A stretch of 32,000 nt of DNA from Allobaculum fili. Its GTDB lineage: Bacteria; Bacillota_I; Bacilli_A; Erysipelotrichales; Erysipelotrichaceae. The notes below the pieces were generated by a model that worked only from the letters and a program-made list of their open reading frames with translations, did not search any database and was not told the origin of the DNA. How positions within the stretch are numbered: position 1 is the stretch's first letter; every line of letters begins with the position of its first letter. Position numbers and translations under genes: made by a program. Positions 17,057 through 25,701 of this stretch are shown one piece after another. The DNA lies in NCBI RefSeq assembly GCF_020969955.1, contig NZ_JAHDSX010000014.1:1-32000 (forward strand), in the 5' to 3' direction.

Positions 17057-17083
17057 AATCTGCTTAGAAGCAGATTTTTTTTT
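17057..17083 (+). terminator. Rho-independent terminator after rpsU
   Basis: AATCTGCT-TAGA-AGCAGATT (8-bp stem), running into a T-tract of about 9 T. Confidence 0.9.
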
Positions 17084-17271
17084 ACGAATATTTCATTCCG
17101 GTTTGCTTGAATAAAGCGAAAACGCCCAAAAGGAGCGGACGGATCCAGCAGGTTTGACCCCGCGCGAATTCGATTTTCGGCTTTTTAATGCAAGAAGGAA
17201 CCAACCTCTGGCCGATCGGATTAAAATCGGCTTGAGTCCATAACAGGCTGCGGTCTGAAAAGGAGATTTTT

Positions 17272-18231
17272 ATGGAAAAACTTCTCGATTGTTCCGAACT
17301 GCCCTATGACATTCTGGTCGCTCTGCCCGGATTTCAGGATGCCAATTTCAAAGTCATTGAAAAGGCCTTTCCGGTTCAGATTTTTCTGAAAAACCAGACG
17401 CTGAAAATTGTCGGTTCTTTGGATGCGGCGATTGAGAAAACCGAACAGGTTCTCGATGCCATGGTACAGTCGCTCGATCGAAACGGGCACATCGATCTTG
17501 ATGAGGTGGAACGCCTCTGCTTCCTTTCCTCCAAGGGACAGACCGCGCTGATTGTCGACGGCGCAGAAGAAGCACCGATTGCCCGTACGCGCGCCGGAAA
17601 GCTTATTTATCCGCGCACGCCTCACCAGAAGGAACTGGCGGAAGCATTCCGCAATGAAAAGATCATTTTCGCCTCGGGCGTAGCAGGTACCGGAAAAACG
17701 TATCTGTCGGTCGCGTTCGCGGTCGATCAGTTCAAAAAGGAAAAGATTTCCAAGATCATTCTGACCCGTCCGGCGGTCGAAGCCGGCGAATCCCTGGGCT
17801 TTCTGCCTGGCGACATGAAAGAAAAGGTCGATCCGTATCTGCGTCCGCTCTATGACGCGCTCAACGAAATGCTGGGCGCGGATACAGTCGAAAAGCTGCA
17901 GGAAAAGGAAATCATTGAAATCGCGCCGCTTGCCTTCATGCGCGGCCGTACGCTCAACGACGCCATCGTCATTCTCGATGAAGCGCAGAATACCACAAAA
18001 GCGCAGATGAAGATGTTCCTGACCCGAATGGGCAAAAACTGCCGCATGATCATTAACGGCGACGTCTCGCAGATCGACCTGATCCGCAAGGAAGATTCCG
18101 GTCTGATCGACGCCTGCAAAATTTTACAGGGCATTGACGGCATTAAAATCCTGTACCTGGATCAGAGCGATGTCGTACGAAATCCTCTGGTACAGAAAAT
18201 CATTGAACGCTATGAAAACAGCGCCCGCTAA
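17272..18231 (+). CDS. phoH: PhoH-family ATPase
   Basis: SD AAAGGAG. Walker A: ASGVAGTGKTYLSVA. Also LTRPAVEAGESLGFLPGD and ILDEAQNTT. Confidence 0.93.
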   Translation: MEKLLDCSELPYDILVALPGFQDANFKVIEKAFPVQIFLKNQTLKIVGSLDAAIEKTEQVLDAMVQSLDRNGHIDLDEVERLCFLSSKGQTALIVDGAEEAPIARTRAGKLIYPRTPHQKELAEAFRNEKIIFASGVAGTGKTYLSVAFAVDQFKKEKISKIILTRPAVEAGESLGFLPGDMKEKVDPYLRPLYDALNEMLGADTVEKLQEKEIIEIAPLAFMRGRTLNDAIVILDEAQNTTKAQMKMFLTRMGKNCRMIINGDVSQIDLIRKEDSGLIDACKILQGIDGIKILYLDQSDVVRNPLVQKIIERYENSAR

Positions 18232-18250
18232 GCCGGACGCTTTTTCTTTG
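18220..18250 (+). terminator. Possible terminator overlapping the phoH stop
   Basis: AGCGCCCG / CGGACGCT imperfect stem (one mismatch), followed by TTTTTCTTT. Confidence 0.4.
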
Positions 18251-18401
18251 GATATCCGATTCTGGCCTGCGGCCTCTAGGTCAAACCAAAAACGGTGCAA
18301 GGTCAATACGGATACAATGAAAGCACTAAGAAATGTCCTTTGTGAATTCTTATCTCATCCGATTTGTACAGGACATTGTTCAGAAACAGGAGGGATTTGA
18401 A

Positions 18402-19829
18402 ATGGAATCCAATACTGAAACGGTTCAAAATGAAAATCCGATTCTCGGAGCGGTTATGGTCTGTCATCCGCCCATTATCGTGCCCAACGTAGGGCAGGGG
18501 GAAGAGCGCCGCATCCAGGACATTACAGACGCCTATGAGCAGGCGGCTGCAGAAATCGGCGCGATGAACCCGGACACGGTCGTCATCATCTCGCCGCACG
18601 CTCCAAGCTATTTTGACTACATTCAGCTGACTTCGCCGAAAATTTCCGGAGGCGATCTGAGTCAGTTTGGCGATCACGAAGATCACTACATTATCGATAA
18701 TGACGTTGAACTCGTACAGGAAATGAGCCGGCTGGCCGAAGAACAGAATTTCCCGATGGGGACGCTTGGACAGCAGGGCGGAAACCTGGATCACGGAACC
18801 GTAGTTCCGCTGTACTTTCTCAATCCGCAGATCGGCCACCATACCCGGATCGTTCGGATGAGCATTGGCGGACTCAGTCAGCTCGATCATTACAAAGCCG
18901 GCAAAATTCTGGCCCAGGCGGCGAAAAACCTGAACCGGAAAGTGGCGGTTGTCGCTTCCGGCGATCTTTCACATTGCCAGAAGGAAGGCTCCAGCTACGG
19001 CTTTAAAGCCTGCGGTCCGGTGTATGATGCCAAAATCATGGACGTCATGGGCAAAGGCGATTTTAAGACACTCGTAGAAATGCCGGAAAACGAAGCCGAA
19101 GATGCCATGTCCTGCGGTCAGAAACCGTTCTGCGTTATGGCCGGCGCATTAGACGGTCTGATGCCAGAGTCGAAAGCCCTCGCGCACAGCGCGGAATTTG
19201 GCGTGGGCTATGGCATCTGCACGTATACCCATCTTAAGGAAGAGGAAAGCCGCAAGCTGGAAGAAACGATTGAAAACGACTTAAAAGCCAGACGGCACGC
19301 CAAGCGGATGAAAGAAGATGTCTACGTTCGGTTTGCGCGCAAGAACATCGAATCGTTTGTTCGCGACGGCAAGACGGTCAGTCTTTCCGCCCACAGCGGT
19401 CTGCCCGAAGAAATGTTAAAGGACCGTGCCGGTGTCTTTGTTTCTATCCATGAATTTGGAAACCTGCGCGGCTGCATCGGAACGATTGCTCCGGTTCATG
19501 AAAATATTGCCGCGGAAATCGCGGCCAATGCGGCTTCCGCCTGCTCCGCGGATCCGCGTTTTCCAGCCGTTCGTCCTGACGAACTCGATTACCTGGACAT
19601 TAACGTCGATGTTCTGACCAAACCGGAACCGTGTACGAAAGACCAGCTGGATCCGAAAAAGTACGGCGTCATCGTCCGTCAGGGTAATAAACGGGGCGTT
19701 CTGCTTCCGGATCTGGAAGGCGTAAACAGCGTGGACGAGCAGATTTCCATCGCCATGCAGAAAGCCGGCATTCCGGCGCATGCAGACGATGTCGAACTGG
19801 AACGTTTTGAGGTCGTACGTCACGTATGA
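18402..19829 (+). CDS. Fusion protein: class III extradiol dioxygenase/Memo-like (LigB-fold) N-terminal domain + AMMECR1 domain (AmmeMemoRadiSam system protein A type)
   Basis: ORF trimmed to ATG 18402, 7 nt after SD AGGAGGG. N-terminal domain His motifs: VCHPP, ISPHAP, LDHGT, SGDLSHC. C-terminal AMMECR1 hallmark: LRGCIGTI. ATGA overlap with the radical SAM gene. Confidence 0.85.
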   Translation: MESNTETVQNENPILGAVMVCHPPIIVPNVGQGEERRIQDITDAYEQAAAEIGAMNPDTVVIISPHAPSYFDYIQLTSPKISGGDLSQFGDHEDHYIIDNDVELVQEMSRLAEEQNFPMGTLGQQGGNLDHGTVVPLYFLNPQIGHHTRIVRMSIGGLSQLDHYKAGKILAQAAKNLNRKVAVVASGDLSHCQKEGSSYGFKACGPVYDAKIMDVMGKGDFKTLVEMPENEAEDAMSCGQKPFCVMAGALDGLMPESKALAHSAEFGVGYGICTYTHLKEEESRKLEETIENDLKARRHAKRMKEDVYVRFARKNIESFVRDGKTVSLSAHSGLPEEMLKDRAGVFVSIHEFGNLRGCIGTIAPVHENIAAEIAANAASACSADPRFPAVRPDELDYLDINVDVLTKPEPCTKDQLDPKKYGVIVRQGNKRGVLLPDLEGVNSVDEQISIAMQKAGIPAHADDVELERFEVVRHV

Positions 19830-20641
19830 AATGCGACGTCTGCTTCCGGAAATGCGATCTGAAAGACGGCCAGATCGGGTTTTGCAAGGGGCGGGAAAAT
19901 CGAAACGGTAAAATTGTTCCCCGCAATTACGGCCGCATTTCTTCCGCGGCGCTCGATCCGATTGAAAAGAAGCCGCTTGTCGATTTTTACCCCGGCAGTC
20001 TGATTCTCTCGGTCGGCAGCTACGGCTGCTCCCTTCGCTGTCCGTTTTGCCAGAATCATGAAATCAGCCAGCAGGATCTGGAAGGGCAGTGTGAAACGGT
20101 AACTCCGCAGCAGCTCGTCGACAAGGCCCTTTCTCTTGTGCCGTACGGCAATATCGGCATCGCCTTTACGTACAACGAACCGCTGATCGGTTACGAGTTC
20201 GTACGGGACAGCGCCCGGCTTGCCAAAGAGAACGGTCTTAAGACCGTCCTGGTCACTTCGGGAAATGCGTCCGAAAAAGTGCTCGATGAACTGCTTCCGT
20301 ATATCGACGCCTATAACATCGATCTCAAGGGATTTACCGACGACTATTACCGCTACGTCGGCGGAAATCTGGACATGACCAAATGCTTTATTGAAAAAGC
20401 CGCTAAGGCGGCCCATGTCGAACTGACGACGCTCATTGTTCCTGGAAAAAACGATTCCGTTGAGGATATGGAACGCATGGCCAAATGGATCGCTTCGATT
20501 TCGCCGGATATCGTTTTGCATCTCAGTCGGTATTTCCCCCGCTATCACGAAAAAGAAGACCCTACGCCGATCGAAACCTTGAAAAAACTGCAGAATACTG
20601 CGAAGAAATATCTGAAAACGGTCGTTCTCGGCAACGTCTGA
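19826..20641 (+). CDS. AmmeMemoRadiSam system radical SAM enzyme (PflA-like activase fold)
   Basis: Radical SAM CX3CX2C: GCSLRCPFCQN. Cys-rich N-terminus: CDVCFRKCDLKDGQIGFC. Coupled to the AMMECR1 gene. Confidence 0.88.
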   Translation: MKCDVCFRKCDLKDGQIGFCKGRENRNGKIVPRNYGRISSAALDPIEKKPLVDFYPGSLILSVGSYGCSLRCPFCQNHEISQQDLEGQCETVTPQQLVDKALSLVPYGNIGIAFTYNEPLIGYEFVRDSARLAKENGLKTVLVTSGNASEKVLDELLPYIDAYNIDLKGFTDDYYRYVGGNLDMTKCFIEKAAKAAHVELTTLIVPGKNDSVEDMERMAKWIASISPDIVLHLSRYFPRYHEKEDPTPIETLKKLQNTAKKYLKTVVLGNV

Positions 20642-20692
20642 CACGTTAATTAAGTATTAAATTCAGATAAAGAAATCATCTCAAAAAGACAC

Positions 20693-20730
20693 GAAAAAAC
20701 CGGGTTCCCGTAAGAAGAATCCGGTTTATA
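20693..20730. terminator. Bidirectional terminator between the radical SAM gene and spx
   Basis: AAACCGGGTTC (20696-20706) / GAATCCGGTTT (20716-20726), 11 bp with one G-U, flanked by an A-run upstream and TTTAT downstream. The flanking genes are convergent. Confidence 0.75.
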
Positions 20731-20748
20731 AAATGGGTGACAAATGAT

Positions 20749-21147
20749 CTAGTAAACGTAAGGATTGGCCAGGTCGCGACCTCTGCCGCGGCGGGGAATC
20801 AGGGCTGTGATTTCGTCGTGGTCGTATCCAACCGCCATGCTGCGTTCGGAAAGAAGAATCGGACGCTTGAGAATGGACGGATTTTCGTGGATGAAACTGG
20901 TCAGTTCAGAGATCGTCATATCGTCAATTCTTCCGTTAAGCAAAGCATAAGTCTTGGAACGGGTAGAAATGATGTCCTCTGTTCCGTTTTCGCAGCGGGC
21001 CATCAGATATTTAATCTCCTGCTCGGTCAGATCAGACGAGAAGACGTTTTTTTCAATATAATGAATATGATTTTCATCGAGCCATTTTTTGGCTTTTCGG
21101 CAGTTTGAACAGCCGGGGGAAGTATAGAACAATACGGTATTATTCAT
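20749..21147 (-). CDS. spx: Spx/ArsC-family redox-sensing transcriptional regulator
   Basis: SD AAAGGAG. N-terminal CXXC: YTSPGCSNCRKAKKWL. Also GTEDIISTRSK and ILKRPIL. About 130 aa. Confidence 0.9.
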   Translation of the reverse strand: MNNTVLFYTSPGCSNCRKAKKWLDENHIHYIEKNVFSSDLTEQEIKYLMARCENGTEDIISTRSKTYALLNGRIDDMTISELTSFIHENPSILKRPILLSERSMAVGYDHDEITALIPRRGRGRDLANPYVY

Positions 21148-21408
21148 ACGGCTGAATTCAGCTCCTTTCTTAGAGTTCTTAACAGCGAATTAATCCTATC
21201 CAAAGGGTAGGCAAGATACAAGACCGATTCAAATTTCACTTTGAAAAACCGCAATTTTAAAGATGAAAGCGCTCCGCATTTTTAAATTACGGAAAATTGT
21301 GTGATAGAGTGTTTTATTCACCCTCAGAAAACGATCGTAAGGGAATCGTTTCCTTCTTTATATAAGCGTCTTTTTTCGAATCTTCTACGATCAAAGAGGC
21401 GGGTCAGA

Positions 21409-21436
21409 TTGTACCTGTCCGAAAAAGTGATATATT
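21409..21436 (+). promoter_or_regulatory. Candidate extended -10 promoter for the yebC-family gene
   Basis: TTGTAC (21409-21414), 16-nt spacer ending in TGA, then TATATT (21431-21436). This gives a TGn-extended -10, about 28 nt before the ATG. Confidence 0.5.
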
Positions 21437-21464
21437 AACAAAGTAATTTTTGAAAGGATGAATT

Positions 21465-22187
21465 ATGGGAAGACATTTTGAAGTGCGTGCAGCAGCCATG
21501 GCCAAAACTGCCGCCGCCAAAGCAAAGGTATACTCCAGATACTCGAAAGAAATCTTAGTGGCCGCAAAGAGCGGTGTCCCTGATCCCGATATGAACCAGG
21601 CGCTCAAAAAGGCAATCGCCCGCGCCAAGGCTAACTCCGTCCCCTCCGATGTCATCAAACGTGCCATTGATAAAGCAAAATCCTCTGCGGATGAAAGCTT
21701 CTCGGCAGCTCGTTACGAAGGATTCGGCGCCGGCGCCGGCTCCACCATCATCGTCGACTGCCTGACTGACAACGCCAACCGCACTATCGCAAACCTGCGT
21801 GCCTGTTTCAACAAGTCCCATTCCAAAATGGGCGTAAACGGATCCGTATCCTTCGGCTACGAAGATCTCGGCGTCATTGTTGTTCCGTTTGAAGACGAAG
21901 ATGCCATGATGGAAGCCATGCTCGAAGGCGATATCGATCTGCGCGATGTGGAAGTGGAAGACGGCTACATGACCGTTACGGTCGATCCGACTCAGCTCGA
22001 TGAAGCCAAGGAAGCCATCGATAAGCTGATTCCGGATGTAAAATACGAAGTTCTCGAACGCCGCATGGTTCCAAACGAAACCGTTGAGCTCGAGGGCGAA
22101 GATCTCGAACTGTTCCGCCGTCTGCTGACTCTGCTTGACGAAGTCGATGACGTACAGAACGTTTACCACAACGTATCCAATATCTAG
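21465..22187 (+). CDS. yebC: YebC/PmpR-family protein
   Basis: SD GAAAGGA. MGRHFEVRAAAMAKT..AKVYSRYSKEI..AIARAKANSVPSDVIKRAIDKA is the family signature. About 240 aa. Confidence 0.92.
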   Translation: MGRHFEVRAAAMAKTAAAKAKVYSRYSKEILVAAKSGVPDPDMNQALKKAIARAKANSVPSDVIKRAIDKAKSSADESFSAARYEGFGAGAGSTIIVDCLTDNANRTIANLRACFNKSHSKMGVNGSVSFGYEDLGVIVVPFEDEDAMMEAMLEGDIDLRDVEVEDGYMTVTVDPTQLDEAKEAIDKLIPDVKYEVLERRMVPNETVELEGEDLELFRRLLTLLDEVDDVQNVYHNVSNI

Positions 22188-22252
22188 TTTTCAAGGAAAA
22201 CAGAGTTTAAACGGCTTTTCCATCGGATTCTCACGGCCTGCGTCCGGAAATT

Positions 22253-22274
22253 CGGCTTGAAAAAGCCGTTTTTA
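22253..22274 (+). terminator. Rho-independent terminator after yebC
   Basis: CGGCTT-GAAA-AAGCCG followed by TTTTT. A longer-range pairing with AAACGGCTTTT at ~22209 is also possible. Confidence 0.7.
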
Positions 22275-22425
22275 TATTGCTCGAATGGTATGTCCGCTTA
22301 TTGTTGAAGCGGAAGCAAAGGAACACGACGCAGACGGGAAAATTTCCGCTTCTGCGGCGTGTTGCTGCATATTCTGCCTGCGGCATGGAACTGAGCTCTG
22401 ATCCTGAGGGCAGGAGTGTACGGCT

Positions 22426-23169
22426 TTACTTCTGGTCTTCGACTTTTTGCCAGAGCCGGTCTTCCTTGCGGTTGGTCAGCGCAAGCTGAAAGTTTTCTTT
22501 AGCCATCGGATAGTGTGCATACAGCTCGTTTAAAAGCTCCTTCATTTCCTGACGCTGTGAATGGCCGTCGTTTGGACAGACGGGTTTCACGGCAGGAATC
22601 TCATTGTCCCGGCACGCTTTGATGATTTCTTCTTCCGTGGCGTAGACGAGCGGACGAATGAGCGTAACGTCCGTTCTGGACATGTACTGGCTGGGCGAGA
22701 AGCAGGCGAAGCGTCCGCCGTGAATGAGATTGAGCAGGATGGTTTCCGTCGCATCGTCGGCATGATGACCGAAGACGACTTTATTGCAGCCAAGCTTTTT
22801 GGCTTCTTCGATGAGTGTTCCTTTTTTGAGCGTGGAACAGAGCGAACAGGAAATCCGATCGCCCTGCAGATTTTCGGGAAGATTTAAAATATCGAAAATG
22901 CGGGTGTCGACAATGTGAAGTTCAAGATTGTATTTCTCGGCGAATTCTTTCATGAGCTCGGTTTCCTTGCTGGAAAAGCCGACGTCGATATGAATCGCGC
23001 AAAGGGAAAAATCCTTTCCCTTGAATTTCTGATACATGCTCAGCGCCAGCCACAGCAGCATGGAATCCTTGCCGCCAGAAAGAGCTAGGGCGAGCATATC
23101 GCCAGGTTCAATCAGGCGAAAGTCCTGATCGGCCAGGCGGATTTTTCGAAGTAGAGTCTGCAGTTTCAT
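22426..23169 (-). CDS. PP-loop ATPase, TtcA-family tRNA thiolation protein
   Basis: ORF trimmed to the MKLQTLLRKI start (ATG at 23169). The SD is weak, so the start is uncertain. PP-loop: LALSGGKDS. Cys motifs: CSLCSTLKKG and CPNDGHS. Confidence 0.8.
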   Translation of the reverse strand: MKLQTLLRKIRLADQDFRLIEPGDMLALALSGGKDSMLLWLALSMYQKFKGKDFSLCAIHIDVGFSSKETELMKEFAEKYNLELHIVDTRIFDILNLPENLQGDRISCSLCSTLKKGTLIEEAKKLGCNKVVFGHHADDATETILLNLIHGGRFACFSPSQYMSRTDVTLIRPLVYATEEEIIKACRDNEIPAVKPVCPNDGHSQRQEMKELLNELYAHYPMAKENFQLALTNRKEDRLWQKVEDQK

Positions 23170-23381
23170 AAATATGGGTTTGTGTTTAACCTTTCGGGGA
23201 AAAGACAGACGGCAGGCTGCCCGAGCGGCATACGGCAAGGTCGCATGTGCCCCTTGAATGCTTTCCTGCATGGAAAACGTCACCAGCAATTTTTCGCAAA
23301 TGCAATGGCTGAAGGGAGGGTGCGGAAAGGGGACAGGTCTGTCTGTTTTGATGTTTGTTCGGAATTGCTTAAAATAGCGGT

Positions 23382-24335
23382 ATGGATGGAATTCTTGTAA
23401 TCAACAAGCCGGCGGGGATGACGAGTTTTGATGTCATTGCCAGGCTTCGTAAACAATATAAACAGAAAAAATTCGGCCACGCCGGCACTCTGGATCCCAT
23501 GGCTTCCGGCGTTCTGGTCGTTCTCGCCGGCAGAGCCTGCAAGCTTCTGCCGTTTTTAAAAGATACCGATAAAGAGTATATCGCGCGCTGCGAACTTGGC
23601 GCTTCTTATGACACCGATGACATCACCGGAAAGCTCGAAGCGATTCGCCCGGTCACTCTGGATTTTGATGTGCAGAGTCTTCTGGATTCCTTTAAAGGCG
23701 AGCAGCATCAGCTCGTTCCCAAAGCAGCAGCTAAAAAGGTGGACGGAAAGAAGCTGTATGAATACCTGCGAGAAGGTAAGGAAGTCCCCAAAGTGTATTC
23801 GGATATTACCATTTACGATATCCGTGCCCTGGATGCGCCCCAATGGATGGACGATTTCGTGACGCTTGCTTCTGAAGAAAAGACAGAAGCAACCGAGGGG
23901 GAAGCGGCTGAGAAGGAACAAAATGAACAGATCGAACTGGAGGAAAGAGAATCCGTTCAGAAAGCGGATTTCTCGTTCTGGGTTTCATGCTCTTCCGGTA
24001 CGTACGTTCGCTCCATCTGCCGGGATTTTGGCGTAAAGAGCGGAAACCTCGCCGCAATGAGCGCCCTGCAGCGAACAAAAGCCAACGGCTTTACGATTGA
24101 AGAAGCCGAAGACTTAGAAGCACCAGAACATACGCTTTATCCGATGGACCGGCTCCTGGATCTGCCCAAAGTCGATTACGAAACACCGGACGATATTCGA
24201 AACGGAAAAACGATCCATTTTCAAAGCGAATACGATCAGGTTCTGATGATGGACGGAAACGAAGTTCTCGCCATTTATACGCGAAAATTCAGGGACCGGG
24301 ATCTGTTTTCCTGTACAAGGGGGCTCTGGCAATGA
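23382..24335 (+). CDS. truB: tRNA pseudouridine(55) synthase, atypical (see findings)
   Basis: GILVINKPAGMTSFD, catalytic-Asp motif GHAGTLDPMASGVL, CSSGTYVRS. ATGA overlap with ribF, as in many Bacillota. Confidence 0.9.
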   Translation: MDGILVINKPAGMTSFDVIARLRKQYKQKKFGHAGTLDPMASGVLVVLAGRACKLLPFLKDTDKEYIARCELGASYDTDDITGKLEAIRPVTLDFDVQSLLDSFKGEQHQLVPKAAAKKVDGKKLYEYLREGKEVPKVYSDITIYDIRALDAPQWMDDFVTLASEEKTEATEGEAAEKEQNEQIELEERESVQKADFSFWVSCSSGTYVRSICRDFGVKSGNLAAMSALQRTKANGFTIEEAEDLEAPEHTLYPMDRLLDLPKVDYETPDDIRNGKTIHFQSEYDQVLMMDGNEVLAIYTRKFRDRDLFSCTRGLWQ

Positions 24336-25312
24336 AAAGCATACGCATAGAATTCGATCAGATTCCGGCTTTAGAGAAAAGCGTCTGCGCCCTTGGCTAT
24401 TTTGACGGCGTCCATCGAGGACACCGGCAGCTGATGGAGACGGCGATAGCCAAAGCCAAAGCCGCCGGAATACAGAGTGCCGTCCTGACGTTTGATCCGG
24501 ACCCCTGGCAGGTGCTGAAGCCGAATGCGGATCTGCATCATCTAAGCGATCTCGAAGACAAGGCGATGATTCTCGAGTCGATGGGCATCGACTGCTTTTA
24601 CATCGTGAACTTTACCCGGGAATTCGCGGGCCTTTCCAACGAACAGTTCCATCAGTTTTTAAAGGATCTGAACATTACAGAAGTCGTCTGCGGCTTTGAC
24701 TACACGTACGGGAAAAAGGGAAGCGGCAATATTGAAACGCTCAGAAAGGACAGCGGTCTTCCGGTCGATGTGATCGAACAGATCAGCGATCACGAAGAAA
24801 AAATTTCCTCCAGCCGGATCGAAGCGCTGATTCGCGAAGGCAATGTGGAAGAAGCCGGCGAACTGCTCGGCTATTTGTACACGATGAAAGGCACGGTGGA
24901 ATCGGGCTTTCAGCGCGGCCGCAAGCTTGGCTTTCCGACCGCCAATCTCTCCTTTTCCAAAGAAGAGCTCTGCCCGGCTTCCGGCGTGTACGCAGGGTAT
25001 GTTCTCGTAAAGAATCACGCGTACAAGGCGATGATCAATGTCGGCACCAATCCGACGTTTAACAACCGGGAAAAGACGATTGAAGCCCATCTGTTTGACT
25101 ATTCCGGCTCCCTCTATGGCAAAAAAGTGCGCTTTCTGTTCGCCAGGCGCCTGCGTTCAGAAATCCGCTTTGCGAGCGTAGACGATTTAAAGGAACAGCT
25201 CAGGCGGGACGAGAAGGCATCTTTAAAGGCACTAGCGTTGCCGGATGCCCGTCTGGACCATACAGTTAATTTATGGAGTTTGGATGGGCTCGATGGTATA
25301 CTTGAACCGTGA
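24332..25312 (+). CDS. ribF: Bifunctional riboflavin kinase / FMN adenylyltransferase
   Basis: GYFDGVHRGHRQLM (FAD synthetase domain). GFPTANL and NVGTNPTF (riboflavin kinase domain). Confidence 0.95.
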   Translation: MKSIRIEFDQIPALEKSVCALGYFDGVHRGHRQLMETAIAKAKAAGIQSAVLTFDPDPWQVLKPNADLHHLSDLEDKAMILESMGIDCFYIVNFTREFAGLSNEQFHQFLKDLNITEVVCGFDYTYGKKGSGNIETLRKDSGLPVDVIEQISDHEEKISSSRIEALIREGNVEEAGELLGYLYTMKGTVESGFQRGRKLGFPTANLSFSKEELCPASGVYAGYVLVKNHAYKAMINVGTNPTFNNREKTIEAHLFDYSGSLYGKKVRFLFARRLRSEIRFASVDDLKEQLRRDEKASLKALALPDARLDHTVNLWSLDGLDGILEP

Positions 25313-25326
25313 AGTCAGGTGAAATT

Positions 25327-25656
25327 ATGTCAAATCAAACTAGTGCAATGAAAGTAACGGACCAGTACGGCTCGATCGTATACAACCGTTCCGTTTTTTC
25401 TGCAATCGCCCGCAATGTGATTGATGAATCGAAAGACGTTGAAGTCGCAGAAAGCTCCAAAGTATTCCATGCCGACAAGCTTTCCTGGATTGAAGACGGA
25501 AAACTGTATATTTCCATTCCCGTTCGGCTTGGCGTAAATGCCAATGTTACGGATTTATGCGCGGCCCTGCAGAACAAGATTTACGAAAGCATTGAATACA
25601 TGACCGACTACAAACCAGAATCGATTGAGATTCAGGTCGTCGGATTTATCTTTTAG
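25327..25656 (+). CDS. Asp23/Gls24-family envelope stress (alkaline shock) protein
   Basis: ATG 25327 follows SD AGGTGA. YGSIVYNRSVFSAIARNVI and the C-terminal IEIQVVGFIF are typical. It occupies the position of B. subtilis yqhY, upstream of nusB. Confidence 0.85.
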   Translation: MSNQTSAMKVTDQYGSIVYNRSVFSAIARNVIDESKDVEVAESSKVFHADKLSWIEDGKLYISIPVRLGVNANVTDLCAALQNKIYESIEYMTDYKPESIEIQVVGFIF

Positions 25657-25682
25657 GGAAATCGGCGGATTTCCCTTTTTTT
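25656..25682 (+). terminator. Rho-independent terminator between asp23 and nusB
   Basis: GGGAAATC-GGCG-GATTTCCC (perfect 8-bp stem) followed by seven T. Overlaps the asp23 stop codon. Confidence 0.85.
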
Positions 25683-25701
25683 GAAAGGAATACAAGACAC
25701 T

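Noticed and set aside
19820-20644. A 274-aa minus-strand ORF with almost the same boundaries as the radical SAM gene (19826..20641), which could suggest an overlapping antisense gene.
   Set aside because: - It is in the codon-mirrored frame of a well-supported radical SAM CDS.
- It has no motifs, no RBS and no independent terminator or promoter.
- It is most simply a codon-bias shadow ORF.
22277-22489. A 70-aa plus-strand ORF in the yebC/TtcA convergent spacer.
   Set aside because: - It has no SD.
- It overlaps the 3' end of the TtcA-like gene.
- Its composition is odd (Arg/Ser/Leu-rich). It is likely spurious.
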